The position numbers and the translations under genes are program-made. This document shows, piece by piece, positions 9,942 to 19,865 of a DNA stretch of 64,000 bases. Below the pieces are notes generated by a model. It was not told the DNA's origin and searched no databases. It was given only the letters and a program-made list of their open reading frames with translations. Origin of the DNA: Planctomycetota bacterium (GTDB lineage: Bacteria > Planctomycetota > UBA8108 > SXIK01); the NCBI GenBank assembly GCA_965223265.1, contig OZ244999.1:4160001-4224000 (forward strand), read 5' to 3'. The first letter of the stretch is position 1; each line of letters begins with the position of its first letter.

Positions 9942-11978
9942 TCACTCCGAGATTCTTCGTCCGCGTCGCATCTGAAACGGAACAGACTTCGAGATCTCCA
10001 AGACCAGCTGCGAAAAACGATAGTCGGCGCTTTCAACGCCTGCCACGATGCGCTCGAGGGCGCAGTAGTCGTAGTACTCAAGACCGCGCCCAAGCGCATA
10101 GGTCAACATCTTCTCGGCAAGCGCCCGGGCGAAATCACGCGGTCGCTGCGTCAACAAAGCCTTGAGGTCACGAGGGCCGTTGACGAACGCCCCATCCGGG
10201 AGCGTCCCCGACGCATCGATCGGGAACTTCCCATCGCGCTCGCGCCACACTCCGACGGCATCGAAATTCTCGAGCGCGAATCCAAGGGGATCCATCTGCT
10301 CGTGACAGGACGCGCAAGCCGGATCAGCGCGGTGCTGCTCGAGCCGCTCTCGAAGCGTCGCCGCGGCGACAGCATCATCGTCTTCGTCGAGCTCTTTAAC
10401 CAACGGCGGCGGTGGTGGCGGCGGCGTGCCAAGGATCTGCTCCAGGATCCACTTGCCACGCTTGACGGGTGACGTCCGTGTCGGGTTCGACGTCAACGTC
10501 AAAACGCTGGCATGTGTGATCAGTCCACCACGAACCGTGCCAGCAAGACGCACACGACGAAACGCTTCTCCGTCGACGCCGTCGACACCATAGTGCGCAG
10601 CCAACTTGGCGTTGACGAAGGAAAAGTCGGAGTCGAGTAGATCGAGGAGTGTGCCACCGCCGCGCGCGATCGCATCGAAAAAGAGCTCAGTCTCTCGACG
10701 CATGTCGCGGCGCAGTGCTGCGTCGACAGCGGGAAACCGAGTTGGATCGGGCCGAAGACTTTCAAGGCGCCGCAACTGCAACCACTGTGCAGCGAAGTTC
10801 TCTGCCAACGCGAGCGCACGGTCGTCGTGGAGCAAGCGCAGGACTTGAGCTTCGAGGATCGTGGGGTCACGAAGGCCGCCGGTACCGGCGATTTCGAAGA
10901 GCTCATCGTCGGGCGGCCGACTCCAGAGGAAGAACGCCAGACGCGATGCGAGCTCGAAGCCGTTGAGAGGCTCGACGGGAAATCCTTGATCTGTTTTCTG
11001 GCGATCATCTCGCTTCGTCTCTGGCCTGGCCGTCGTGATGGGAGGGTCCTCGACGACGTGAAAAAGGAAATAGGGTGAAATGAGGATCGCCTGCAGGGCC
11101 ACCTGAACCGCATCTTCAAAGGAGCGCCCCTCGCCACCTGCGATCACAACCATGTCCAGGAGCCGCCGCAGCTCGGGTTTTCGCAGAGGGCGCCGAAACG
11201 CGCGACTGCCGACCGCGACAAGAATGTCTTGCGCGTTCGTCTCCCAGGCCTCATCCGAACTTGGCCGCTTGAGCAGCGCGTCCCTCACCGAAGCGTACTG
11301 TGAACGCGGCTGAGCGGCTGGATCCGACGGTAGAGCTCGGCGGGTGATTTTCTCGGCAGCGTCGAGATACTTCTCGAAAAGAAGCGGTGAAAGCGACAGC
11401 ACGTCGCCGATATTGTCGAAGCCGTAACCGACGTCGTCGGCGGGAAACTCGCCAGCCGCTTCGTAGCGAAACCCAAACAGGTCTTCGACGGCGTTCTGAT
11501 ACTCGGTGCGGTTGAGGCGCCGTAGCGTCACCCGGCCGGGATCGACCTCGCCGCGGCAGGTGGCGTCCAGTGCCGTGGCGATGATGTGTCGCACACGCTC
11601 ACGTTCTGCGTCGGTGGGCTGCGGCTGACTGGCGGGCGGCATCTGCTGGCGCGCCAGCATGCCGAGAGCGCGTTCCCAAGTGCGATGGTTGCGTAAGACA
11701 CGCGCTCGGTCGGAGGCAGCTGAAAGAAAATCGATGCCGGCGCTCGGTTCGTCACCGCTGTGGCAATCGCCGCAGTAGCGACCCAAAAACGGCACCAACG
11801 TCTGCTCCCACGGATCGTTCGCAGCACGGGCGACGGCGTGAACGCTCACGAGAATCACGACCAGGCAGATCCACCGCCTGCGCGTCAGGGAAACGTCGTC
11901 TCGTGGCTGCAAATTCGTGCGCCGCCCGTCAACCACTGCCCGAAACCTTGACCCGTCGATGCGGTAACGCTCGTTCAT
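9942..11978 (-). CDS. Planctomycete cytochrome-c-like DUF1587/1595/1592/1588/1585 protein
   Basis: CGDCH and CASCH haem motifs; RRLNRTEY; LASRLAFFLW; RTSPVKRGKW; MDPLGFALENFD. Confidence 0.9.
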   Translation of the reverse strand: MNERYRIDGSRFRAVVDGRRTNLQPRDDVSLTRRRWICLVVILVSVHAVARAANDPWEQTLVPFLGRYCGDCHSGDEPSAGIDFLSAASDRARVLRNHRTWERALGMLARQQMPPASQPQPTDAERERVRHIIATALDATCRGEVDPGRVTLRRLNRTEYQNAVEDLFGFRYEAAGEFPADDVGYGFDNIGDVLSLSPLLFEKYLDAAEKITRRALPSDPAAQPRSQYASVRDALLKRPSSDEAWETNAQDILVAVGSRAFRRPLRKPELRRLLDMVVIAGGEGRSFEDAVQVALQAILISPYFLFHVVEDPPITTARPETKRDDRQKTDQGFPVEPLNGFELASRLAFFLWSRPPDDELFEIAGTGGLRDPTILEAQVLRLLHDDRALALAENFAAQWLQLRRLESLRPDPTRFPAVDAALRRDMRRETELFFDAIARGGGTLLDLLDSDFSFVNAKLAAHYGVDGVDGEAFRRVRLAGTVRGGLITHASVLTLTSNPTRTSPVKRGKWILEQILGTPPPPPPPLVKELDEDDDAVAAATLRERLEQHRADPACASCHEQMDPLGFALENFDAVGVWRERDGKFPIDASGTLPDGAFVNGPRDLKALLTQRPRDFARALAEKMLTYALGRGLEYYDYCALERIVAGVESADYRFSQLVLEISKSVPFQMRRGRRISE

Positions 11979-12227
11979 GTTGATCGATGATGCGGTGTGG
12001 CTCGTTGGCTGTCAAAGCAGAACCGATTGAAGCGGCGATGCGCGGTCGGGTGCGGCACGGTGCTCTACTTGGGACGGTCCCTTTCTCGTGCGATCCTCAG
12101 CCCCAAAACAGGTCTGAAGGAATAGCGCTCCCGAAGATTTCTTGCGTGTGGCGCATGAACAGGGTGAAGAAAGCGATGGGTTTGGTTTATGATGCGCGAC
12201 CTCTCGGCGTACAAGTAGGAGAACGAA

Positions 12228-12839
12228 ATGAACGCGCGAAATGATCGAAGTCGTTGGATCGGCGGTGGAGTGGTGATCGTCGCCGCGGTCGCCGTGACCG
12301 TTTTTGTCGTCAACAGTTTTTGGTTGGGTGCTATGCAGGCTGATAGCCAACAAGTCTCGGCGGAAAAGCGAGTCCAAGAACTCGGGCTCAAGCTACCAAC
12401 TCCGACTCCCCCATCGAACCCGTATGTGTCGGCGGTTCGCGTCGGCAACCTGCTCTACCTTTCGGGCATGGGGCCGCGGCGCGAGGACGGAACGTTCATC
12501 AAGGGGAAGGTTGCGGTGCGTACGACGAGCACAGGAGACTTCTTAACGACAGATCAAGGCAAAGCGGCGGCCCGGCGAGTCGGCATCACCATGCTTGGCG
12601 TGGTGCGTTCGCACCTCGGCAGTCTCGACAAAGTCAAACGACTCGTGAAAGTGCTCGGCATGGTGAATTCGACGCCGGAATTCACGGCACACCCGGCGGT
12701 GATCAACGGATTCAGTGAGCTCATGGTCGAGGTGTTTGGCGAGGAGGCCGGCAAGGGCGCGCGGAGCGCGGTTGGCATGGGATCGCTGCCGGGAAACATT
12801 CCCGTCGAGATCGAAGCGATCTTCGAGGTAAGCGACTGA
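12228..12839 (+). CDS. RidA/YjgF family protein with N-terminal hydrophobic segment
   Basis: LYLSGMGP, VKVLGMVNS, INGFSELMVEVFG, ARSAVGMGSLP, VEIEAIFE. Confidence 0.9.
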   Translation: MNARNDRSRWIGGGVVIVAAVAVTVFVVNSFWLGAMQADSQQVSAEKRVQELGLKLPTPTPPSNPYVSAVRVGNLLYLSGMGPRREDGTFIKGKVAVRTTSTGDFLTTDQGKAAARRVGITMLGVVRSHLGSLDKVKRLVKVLGMVNSTPEFTAHPAVINGFSELMVEVFGEEAGKGARSAVGMGSLPGNIPVEIEAIFEVSD

Positions 12840-13062
12840 GGCGAGAGCAAGCGATGACCGCGGAGCGGGACGTGGTCGGACGACGGTTCAGTAGTAGCGG
12901 TGAAAGAGCGAAAAGCAGCGCACACTTCAGAGCATCGTGCGGTCGTCAATCATTGAGGAGTGTCGCGACCGTGGCCGACGTGGGTCGATCCATCTGGATC
13001 GGGTCAAAGTCCCGCGTCTGAGAGAGTGACCAAGATCCTCCGTACAGTCGCCTGACGCGCGC

Positions 13063-13091
13063 TTGACGCCCGTCAGGCCCGGTGCTACGCT
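13063..13091 (+). promoter_or_regulatory. Putative sigma70 promoter of tRNA-Pro
   Basis: TTGACG-17 nt-TACGCT with extended TG, 11 nt upstream of the tRNA. Confidence 0.6.
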
Positions 13092-13102
13092 CGCAACACT
13101 CT

Positions 13103-13179
13103 CGGGGTGTGGCGCAGTTTGGTAGCGCGTCTGACTGGGGGTCAGAAGGTCGTAGGTTCAAGTCCTATCACCCCGACCA
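13103..13179 (+). tRNA. tRNA-Pro (GGG)
   Basis: cggggtg...caccccgacca acceptor stem, D arm gcgcagtttggtagcgc, GGG anticodon in tctgactgggggtcaga, T loop ggttcaagtcc, encoded CCA. Confidence 0.97.
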
Positions 13180-13284
13180 CTTTTAACTCCCGCCGAATCC
13201 CATAGTTGGGATACCTTCCCCGCCCTTCAGGGGGCGGGGAGGAGCGGCCTCCAAGTCTATACAAGTCTATACGGAGGTCGCCCC

Positions 13285-14505
13285 ATGGAGCGCAGGAGGG
13301 CGAGTCAACGGAATAAGAGCGCGAGGAAGCGGACACCGCGCTACTGCCGGCAAAAGAGGACGGGGCGGCCAGACCTCGCCTATGTCGAATTCGCCGGGTC
13401 GCGGTGCTACCTCGGTGAGTACGGCTCGAAGGAGAGCCGGGCCGAGTATCGCCGGCTGGTTGCTGAGTGGTCGGGAGCGAGTGGACGCGCGCCTGAACGT
13501 CTGAACGACCAGCTAACGGTCGTCGAGGTGATCGCAAGGTTTTGGGAGCACGCGCAGGTCTACTATCGACGAGCCGACGGCACGCCGACGAGCGAGGTGG
13601 CAAACTTCAAGACCGCGCTGCGGACGCTGAAGGAGCTCTATGGTCACACAAAGGCGGGTGACTTCGGACCGCGGTCACTGAAAGCGATTCGCTCGCACCT
13701 CGTCAAAAGGGGACTGGCACGCACGACCGTAAACGCCATGACAAAACGTATCCGATCGGTGTTCAAGTGGGCCGTCTCGGAGGAGTTGGTGCCGCCCTCG
13801 GTGCATCACGGCCTGCAGGCGGTCTCAGGTCTGAAGCGCGGACGTTCGGAGGCGCGCGAGACAAGCCGCGTTCTACCGGTGCCCGAGGAGTTCGTCGAGG
13901 CCGTCAGGCCATACGTCTCGAGGCAAGTGTGGACGCTGATTCAGCTGCAGAAGCTCTCCGGGGCGCGTTCGGGGGAAATTTTGGGGCTCCGGCCGCGTGA
14001 CATCGATACATCGGGAGAGGTCTGGAGCTACTCACCTCCGAAACACAAGACAGCTCACCACGATCATTCGCGGGAGCTCTTCTTCGGCCCCAAGGCGCAG
14101 GCTTTGCTCCGGCAGTGGATGGAGTCGCGTCCGCTCGCTGCGTCGCTCTTTTCGCCGGCGGACGCCGAGACCGAACGACGAGCGCAGCAGCACGCGGAGC
14201 GAAAGACGCCTCTTCGCTACGGCAATCGCCCAGGCACGAACCGGAAAGAGTCTCCAAGACGAACGCCGCGCGACTGCTACACCGTGGACAGCTACGGACG
14301 GGCTATTCGCCGCGCGTGTGAAAAAGCAGGGATTCCCCCATGGCATCCCCACCAGCTGCGCCACAATGCGGGCACGGAGATCCGAAAGCAGTTCGGTATC
14401 GAGACGACACGGATCGTCCTCGGACACCAGTCCGTGGTCGTCTCCGAGCTCTACGCCGAGCGCGACCGAGCGATCGCTATCGACGTGATGGGGAAGTTGG
14501 GGTAG
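13285..14505 (+). CDS. Tyrosine integrase 1
   Basis: SGARSGE, KHKT, HQLRH, LGH...ELY catalytic set; adjacent to tRNA 3' end. Confidence 0.95.
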   Translation: MERRRASQRNKSARKRTPRYCRQKRTGRPDLAYVEFAGSRCYLGEYGSKESRAEYRRLVAEWSGASGRAPERLNDQLTVVEVIARFWEHAQVYYRRADGTPTSEVANFKTALRTLKELYGHTKAGDFGPRSLKAIRSHLVKRGLARTTVNAMTKRIRSVFKWAVSEELVPPSVHHGLQAVSGLKRGRSEARETSRVLPVPEEFVEAVRPYVSRQVWTLIQLQKLSGARSGEILGLRPRDIDTSGEVWSYSPPKHKTAHHDHSRELFFGPKAQALLRQWMESRPLAASLFSPADAETERRAQQHAERKTPLRYGNRPGTNRKESPRRTPRDCYTVDSYGRAIRRACEKAGIPPWHPHQLRHNAGTEIRKQFGIETTRIVLGHQSVVVSELYAERDRAIAIDVMGKLG

Positions 14506-14545
14506 AGGGGTAAAGCAATGAAGCAATAGAGCAGCGCGGAGTCGC

Positions 14546-14591
14546 CTCGACAAGCTGGGGGTCACTGGTTCAAGTCCAGTAACGCCCACCA
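14546..14591 (+). other. 3' half of tRNA-Val(GAC), att-core-like fragment
   Basis: ctcgacaagctgggggtcactggttcaagtccagtaacgcccacca: GAC loop, T arm actgg-ttcaagt-ccagt, ACCA end; no D arm or 5' acceptor strand upstream. Confidence 0.85.
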
Positions 14592-14697
14592 TTTTAAACC
14601 TCGCTGAATCCTTGTGTTAGGGATACCTGCTCGGTAAGAGCAGCGCGACCGTAGCCTGAAACAGACGTATCCGCGGATACGCTTTCAGGAGGTCAGA

Positions 14698-15921
14698 GTG
14701 CCCGAAAACACAGGAAGCAGTCCGAGAAACGCGCGGCGCCGCCGCATGGCGCCGCGCTATCGGCGGCAGCGACACAGCTTGCGGGCGGACCGCGCCTTCG
14801 TCGAGCTCTCCGGGCAACGAATCTACCTCGGCGAGTTCGGCTCCGAAGGCAGCTGGGAGATGTATCACCGCGTCGTGGCGGAGTGGGCTGCGAGTGGTCG
14901 ACGACCGAGAGAGGGGACGACGGACATCACCGTGAACGAGATCATCGTTCAATTCTCCCTCTACGCCGATTCGTACTACCGACGCGCTGACGGATCCCCC
15001 ACCGGCGAGTTCGACAACTTCAAGCAAGCCATGCGGCCGCTGCGGCGGCTTTATGGACGAACGCCGGCAGCAGAGTTCGGCCCGATGGCGCTGAAGGCGG
15101 TGCGGCAAACTCTCATCGACGACGGTCTTGCGAGAACCACGGTGAATGCTTCGACACGGCGGCTGCGTCAAGTCTTCAAGTGGGCAGTGTCGGAGGAGCT
15201 TTTGCCGGCAGACGTGCTCCACGCCTTGCAATCAGTTCCGCCGCTCAAGCGCGGCAGGACGGAAGCGCGCGAGCCCAATCCGATACGGCCAGTACCCCGC
15301 CAGGACGTTGAGGCGGTGAGGCCACATGTGTCGCGGCAGGTGTGGACGCTGATCCAAGTCCAACTCCTCACGGGGGCGCGCAGCGGCGAGCTCTTGCCGA
15401 TGCGGGCGGTCGATCTGGACACAACCGGGAGTGTGTGGGTGTACAAGCCGCAGTCGCACAAGAACGACTATCGCGACCAGGAGCGCCAGATCTATCTAGG
15501 GCCGCGTGCGCAGGATCTGATCCGAGGTTTCCTTGTGAATCGTTCGCTCACCGCACCGCTCTTTTCACCCAGGGAAGCTGAGGCAGAGAGATCCATAACG
15601 AGACACGCCGATCGTAGGACGCCGCCCGGCCGCGGCAACATGCCCGGATCCCACCTCAGCTCCGAAGCAAGAAGGAGATCGCCCGGCGAGATGTACGATA
15701 CGCGCAGCTACGCACGAGCGATTCGTCGCGCTTGCGAGCAAGCTATGATTGCGGTGTGGAGCCCGCACCGTCTTAGGCACACCCGTGCCACGGAGATCCG
15801 CCGCGAGTATGGCCTCGAGGTCTCGAGGGTGATCTGTGGCCACAGGTCCACAGCGGCAACGGAGATCTACGCGGAGGTCGACCACCAGCGAGCGATCGAG
15901 CTGATGGGGAAGATAGGTTGA
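14698..15921 (+). CDS. Tyrosine integrase 2 (paralog of integrase 1)
   Basis: TGARSGE, SHKN, HRLRH, CGH...EIY; shares YYRRADG.PT, VFKWAVSEEL, VSRQVWTLIQ with integrase 1. Confidence 0.95.
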   Translation: MPENTGSSPRNARRRRMAPRYRRQRHSLRADRAFVELSGQRIYLGEFGSEGSWEMYHRVVAEWAASGRRPREGTTDITVNEIIVQFSLYADSYYRRADGSPTGEFDNFKQAMRPLRRLYGRTPAAEFGPMALKAVRQTLIDDGLARTTVNASTRRLRQVFKWAVSEELLPADVLHALQSVPPLKRGRTEAREPNPIRPVPRQDVEAVRPHVSRQVWTLIQVQLLTGARSGELLPMRAVDLDTTGSVWVYKPQSHKNDYRDQERQIYLGPRAQDLIRGFLVNRSLTAPLFSPREAEAERSITRHADRRTPPGRGNMPGSHLSSEARRRSPGEMYDTRSYARAIRRACEQAMIAVWSPHRLRHTRATEIRREYGLEVSRVICGHRSTAATEIYAEVDHQRAIELMGKIG

Positions 15922-16058
15922 CGGGAGGGACACACTCTACAGCACATATAGTCAAAACTGTGGCGAACGTCGGACAAACTGGGAACCAAGTCGTCGTCGC
16001 GAGTCCAACGTTCGGAAAACGCGTCAGAGAGCGCCTTGGTCCTTTCTTCAACTAAAAA

Positions 16059-16086
16059 TTGACAACCATTCTGTCGCCATTAAGCT
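16059..16086 (+). promoter_or_regulatory. Possible sigma70 promoter for the M36 protease gene
   Basis: A-rich tract, then TTGACA-16 nt-TAAGCT. Confidence 0.35.
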
Positions 16087-16278
16087 CGAAGTATCGGAGT
16101 CGAGCATTCCTCCCGAAACGCCAGACGACGTTTCGTGGAGATCTCAATCTGGCAGGCGGGACTGTGGAGTACGGGTTCAGTTGACACGCTGCTACTCACC
16201 TGAGTCAGCGGTGACTGCGAGAGGCCGAGTCTTCGTCTCTCGGGTCGAACGTATGTCTTGGAGGGCAAATCTGTGAAG

Positions 16279-16468
16279 ATGGTTCGAGACGTCTGCGTTC
16301 CCACGAATGTGTTTGTCGGTGTCTTTGCGATGTCCTTGTTCACATCCGTCGCAAACGGACAGAACAACATCTACGAGTCGGACTACGTGATCAAGCCGCA
16401 GCCGGATCTGCGCGCAGAGTTCCGGCTCAGCGGTGATCCGGAGGAGATCGCCAGGGCGCGCCTGCGCG
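16279..16468 (+). pseudogene. M36 protease segment 1 (signal peptide, start of propeptide)
   Basis: MVRDVCVPTNVFVGVFAMSLFTSVANGQ...GDPEEIARARLR, cut by the RIT left end. Confidence 0.75.
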
Positions 16469-16616
16469 GCAACACATGGGGAGTTCGGAGTTATGTGGAG
16501 TAGCGGAGTGAAGTCGTTGCTTTACAACACGTTCCAGTTCTCGCTCTCCCCATAAACCGGTAGCGTCGGTCTCCTCAGCACCCGCGGTGGGTGCCCCTCA
16601 AATCGGGAGATCGACC

Positions 16617-17876
16617 ATGATCGAAAAAGCTGAATCGTTCCCAGGCAGATCGTCACTCAGCGGCCTCGTCGCCGCTGCTCTTCGCCACCTCGAAGGTCTC
16701 GGCTACAGCCGACGAACTGTCGGGTACTATCGGAATTCGTGGAACAAGCTTCTCGAGTTCGCTCGAGAGTCGAAGCGGCGCGCGTTCTCGTCCGAACTCG
16801 TCTGTCGGTTCTTGGCTCACCACGGGATCAGCTCCGACGCTGATCAGGGGAAGCTACGCTGGCGTGAGGTCGAGCTGCTCAAGGCGCTGCGGATCCTCAC
16901 GGAGTTCGCCGAAGGCGGCAGCTTTCGGCCGTACCGCAAGCGGCTTCCCGAGCCGGTCTTCGCCAAGACGATCGCGGCCGAGCTACTGGCCTACGAGGCC
17001 TTCTGCCGTGAGCACCTCGGACATCGCCCCTGCACCGTCGCGCAGCGCCGAAGAGTGGTCGTCCAGTTCTTTCAGTTCCTCAACCCTCGAGGCATCTCCG
17101 CCTTGCGAGGACTGAGGACGCGCGACTTCTGCGATTTTCTCGACTCTCTCACGCAGTTGAGTCCTCCGTCGCTCGCCGCCGTATCAGGAGCGCTCAAGTC
17201 CTTTGTCCGCTACCTGTGCATGCGTGGGATCGTCGAACCGAAGGTGGCGGATGAATGGGTTCCCATCCGCTTCGCGAAGGAGAGTCGGCTTCCGTCCGTC
17301 TGGCCGGCAAGCGCGGTAAAGGAACTCCTCGCCGCTGTGGATCGTAGCACCACACAGGGCAAACGAGATTACGCCATCCTTCTCCTCGCTTGCCGCTTCG
17401 GCCTTCGAGCCAGCGACATTCGGACGTTGCGTCTCGACGACATCCGTTGGTCGAACGGTCGCATTGACCTTCGTCAGTCGAAGACAGGTCAGCCGTTGAC
17501 GCTCCCCCTCGAGGACGACGTCGCCGACGCACTCATCGATTACCTCCAACACGGCCGGCCGGCGACGAGCTATCGCCAGGTGTTTCTGAAGACCCGTGCT
17601 CCGGTGGCACCTCTCGGGGAGCGAAACAATCTCGTCACCATCGTGTCTTCTCACCTCAGCGGCCTGAAGACGCCTCTGCCTGCGGAGACCCGACGCGGCC
17701 TCCATGCTCTTCGTCACACTCTAGCCACACGTCTCCTCCGGGCTGGCGAACCGCTCGAGACGATTGCGGCGATCCTCGGACACACCTCGGTCGAGTCGAC
17801 CAGGCTCTATACGAGTCTCGACCTGGAAGCTCTGCATTGCGTCGCTCTCGACCCCGAGGAGGTGCTCCATGGGTAG
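16617..17876 (+). CDS. ritA: RIT tyrosine recombinase A
   Basis: GKRDYAILLL, GLRASDI, QSKTG, HALRHTLAT, LGH...TRLY. Confidence 0.88.
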   Translation: MIEKAESFPGRSSLSGLVAAALRHLEGLGYSRRTVGYYRNSWNKLLEFARESKRRAFSSELVCRFLAHHGISSDADQGKLRWREVELLKALRILTEFAEGGSFRPYRKRLPEPVFAKTIAAELLAYEAFCREHLGHRPCTVAQRRRVVVQFFQFLNPRGISALRGLRTRDFCDFLDSLTQLSPPSLAAVSGALKSFVRYLCMRGIVEPKVADEWVPIRFAKESRLPSVWPASAVKELLAAVDRSTTQGKRDYAILLLACRFGLRASDIRTLRLDDIRWSNGRIDLRQSKTGQPLTLPLEDDVADALIDYLQHGRPATSYRQVFLKTRAPVAPLGERNNLVTIVSSHLSGLKTPLPAETRRGLHALRHTLATRLLRAGEPLETIAAILGHTSVESTRLYTSLDLEALHCVALDPEEVLHG

Positions 17877-18849
17877 CGAACAGTCAGCGTTTCGCAGTCC
17901 CGTGCGAGATCTGATGGTGAAGTTCCTCGAGGAGAAGCGCGGCTGTGGATACCGCTATGAGAGGGAGGAGTACCTTCTGCGAGCGTTGGACAGCTTCCTC
18001 GTTGCTCGAGGGCTTCAACGCCGGGAGCTGCCGAGAGTCCTCGTACAGGACTGGACCGCCGCGCGCGCCGATGAACGTCCCAGGACGCAGCGCATGCGGC
18101 TGACGATCGTTCGTCAACTGGCGATCTTCCTCTGTCGGCAAGGCTGCTCGGCCTACGTTACGCCCCTGAATCCAAGGCGCGGTACACGTCGTGAATTCAC
18201 GGCGCGCATCTTCAGCCGGGAGGAAATCGCAAAGATCCTTCAGGCAGCTGACGACCTCGCCCCCTGTCGATGGTCGCCTCTCTATCATCTCGTGATCCCG
18301 GAACTCTTCCGCGTGCTCTACGGCTGCGGTCTTCGCCGAGGAGAGGCTCTTCGCTTGACAGTCGGAGACGTCGATCTCGTGGACGGAGTCCTTCGAATTC
18401 GCGAAGGCAAGTTTCGCAAGGACCGCCTTGTTCCCATCGCTCCCGGCTTGACTGAGCGGCTTCGTAGGTACGCCGAAGCACTCGACCCCCGCGAGCCTGG
18501 ACAGCCGTTCTTCCCGTCCCCGCGCGGCGGCGCGTATTCCTCCGGGCGCGTGTACACGATTTTCCGCAAGCTCTTGGGAGCCGCTGGCATTCCACACCAC
18601 GGTCGCGGACGCGGCCCTCGTCTCCACGAGATTCGCCATTCCTTTGCCGTACATCGGCTCGAGAACTGGTATGCGGAGGGTGTGGATTTGAACGCGAAGC
18701 TGCCGCTGCTCTCGTCGTACATGGGCCACCGCTGCATGCACGGTACCCAGGTCTACCTCCAGATGACCGAGAGCCTGTTCACCAACGTCACGGAACGGCT
18801 CGAAGCCGTCTGCGGTCATGCCATTCCGAGCGGGAGCAGAACCTCATGA
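17869..18849 (+). CDS. ritB: RIT tyrosine recombinase B
   Basis: LYGCGLRRGEAL, GKFRKDR, PRLHEIRHSFAVHRL, LSSYMGH...TQVY. Confidence 0.88.
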   Translation: MGSEQSAFRSPVRDLMVKFLEEKRGCGYRYEREEYLLRALDSFLVARGLQRRELPRVLVQDWTAARADERPRTQRMRLTIVRQLAIFLCRQGCSAYVTPLNPRRGTRREFTARIFSREEIAKILQAADDLAPCRWSPLYHLVIPELFRVLYGCGLRRGEALRLTVGDVDLVDGVLRIREGKFRKDRLVPIAPGLTERLRRYAEALDPREPGQPFFPSPRGGAYSSGRVYTIFRKLLGAAGIPHHGRGRGPRLHEIRHSFAVHRLENWYAEGVDLNAKLPLLSSYMGHRCMHGTQVYLQMTESLFTNVTERLEAVCGHAIPSGSRTS

Positions 18850-19865
18850 CGATCGCGAAACCCACCGACTTCGCCTGTCGACTCACTTCTTTCCTGACCG
18901 AGTACCTCCCATCCCAGCGAGGTCTCAGTCCGAACACGATCAAGAGCTACCGCGATGCGTTCGTGTTGCTGCTGCGCTACTGCCGTGAGGTCTGCGAGAT
19001 GCGCATCGAGCGCCTGTCGCTGGAAGCGATCGACGCGTCTCTCATCGTGAAGTTTCTCGGGCATCTCGAGAAGGAGCGCGGCTCTTCAACCCGAACTCGA
19101 AACCATCGCCTCGCCGCATTCCACTCTTTCTTCAAGTACGTCCAAGTCGAGGAGCCGGATCGGATTCAACACTGCCAACGCATTCTCGCGATCCCGCTTC
19201 GGCGCATAGCGCAGACTGAACCCACCTACCTGTCAGTCGAAGAACTGGCCGCGATCCTGAGACAACCAGACTCAACGACGCCTCAGGGACGCCGGGACGC
19301 TCTCATGTTGAGTCTGCTTTACGACACAGGAGCTCGCGTGCAGGAGTTGATCGATCTCTCGATCGCGGACCTTCGTCTCGCCTCCCCTCCGCAGGTGCGC
19401 TTGACTGGAAAGGGGCGAAAGATCCGCGTCGTCCCGCTCATGAAAGGAACGGCTGCCAACCTCGGCGAGTACGTCAAGGAGCACGCTCTCGATCGTCCCG
19501 AACAGGCGAACGAACCGCTCTTCGTGAACCGGGCGGGTAACCGTCTCTCCCGATGGGGAATACGACATCTTCTGTCCAAGTACAGCGAGGCCGCTCGAGT
19601 CGAGTGCCCGACGCTACCGCAGAAGATCACTCCTCATACCTTACGCCACACGAAGGCGATGCACCTCTTGCAGAGCGGCAACCCCGCCGTCGTAATCCGC
19701 GACTTCCTCGGTCATTCGGACATCCAGAGCACCCAGATCTACGCGAAGGCCGACCTGGACATGAAGCGGCGCGCCCTCGAGAAGGCCAATCAGCTTCCGG
19801 AGAGCAAGAAGGACCGATCGTGGCAACGCGATCCGGACCTTCTCACGTGGCTCGGATCGCTGTAG
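18846..19865 (+). CDS. ritC: RIT tyrosine recombinase C
   Basis: SPNTIKSYRD, TRNHRLAA, YDTGARVQE, HTLRHTKAMHLLQSG, LGH...TQIYA. Confidence 0.88.
   Translation: MTIAKPTDFACRLTSFLTEYLPSQRGLSPNTIKSYRDAFVLLLRYCREVCEMRIERLSLEAIDASLIVKFLGHLEKERGSSTRTRNHRLAAFHSFFKYVQVEEPDRIQHCQRILAIPLRRIAQTEPTYLSVEELAAILRQPDSTTPQGRRDALMLSLLYDTGARVQELIDLSIADLRLASPPQVRLTGKGRKIRVVPLMKGTAANLGEYVKEHALDRPEQANEPLFVNRAGNRLSRWGIRHLLSKYSEAARVECPTLPQKITPHTLRHTKAMHLLQSGNPAVVIRDFLGHSDIQSTQIYAKADLDMKRRALEKANQLPESKKDRSWQRDPDLLTWLGSL

Noticed and set aside
13214-13242. Intrinsic terminator after tRNA-Pro
   Set aside because: A GC hairpin is present but has no U-tract; it may belong to the att region instead.
14500-14591. Functional tRNA-Val gene
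   Set aside because: No D arm, 5' acceptor strand or 5' anticodon stem upstream of 14546.
13285-19865. Shufflon or integron, given five tyrosine recombinases in 6.6 kb
   Set aside because: Explained by two tRNA-linked integrases plus a RIT trio; no attC array or invertible cassettes seen.
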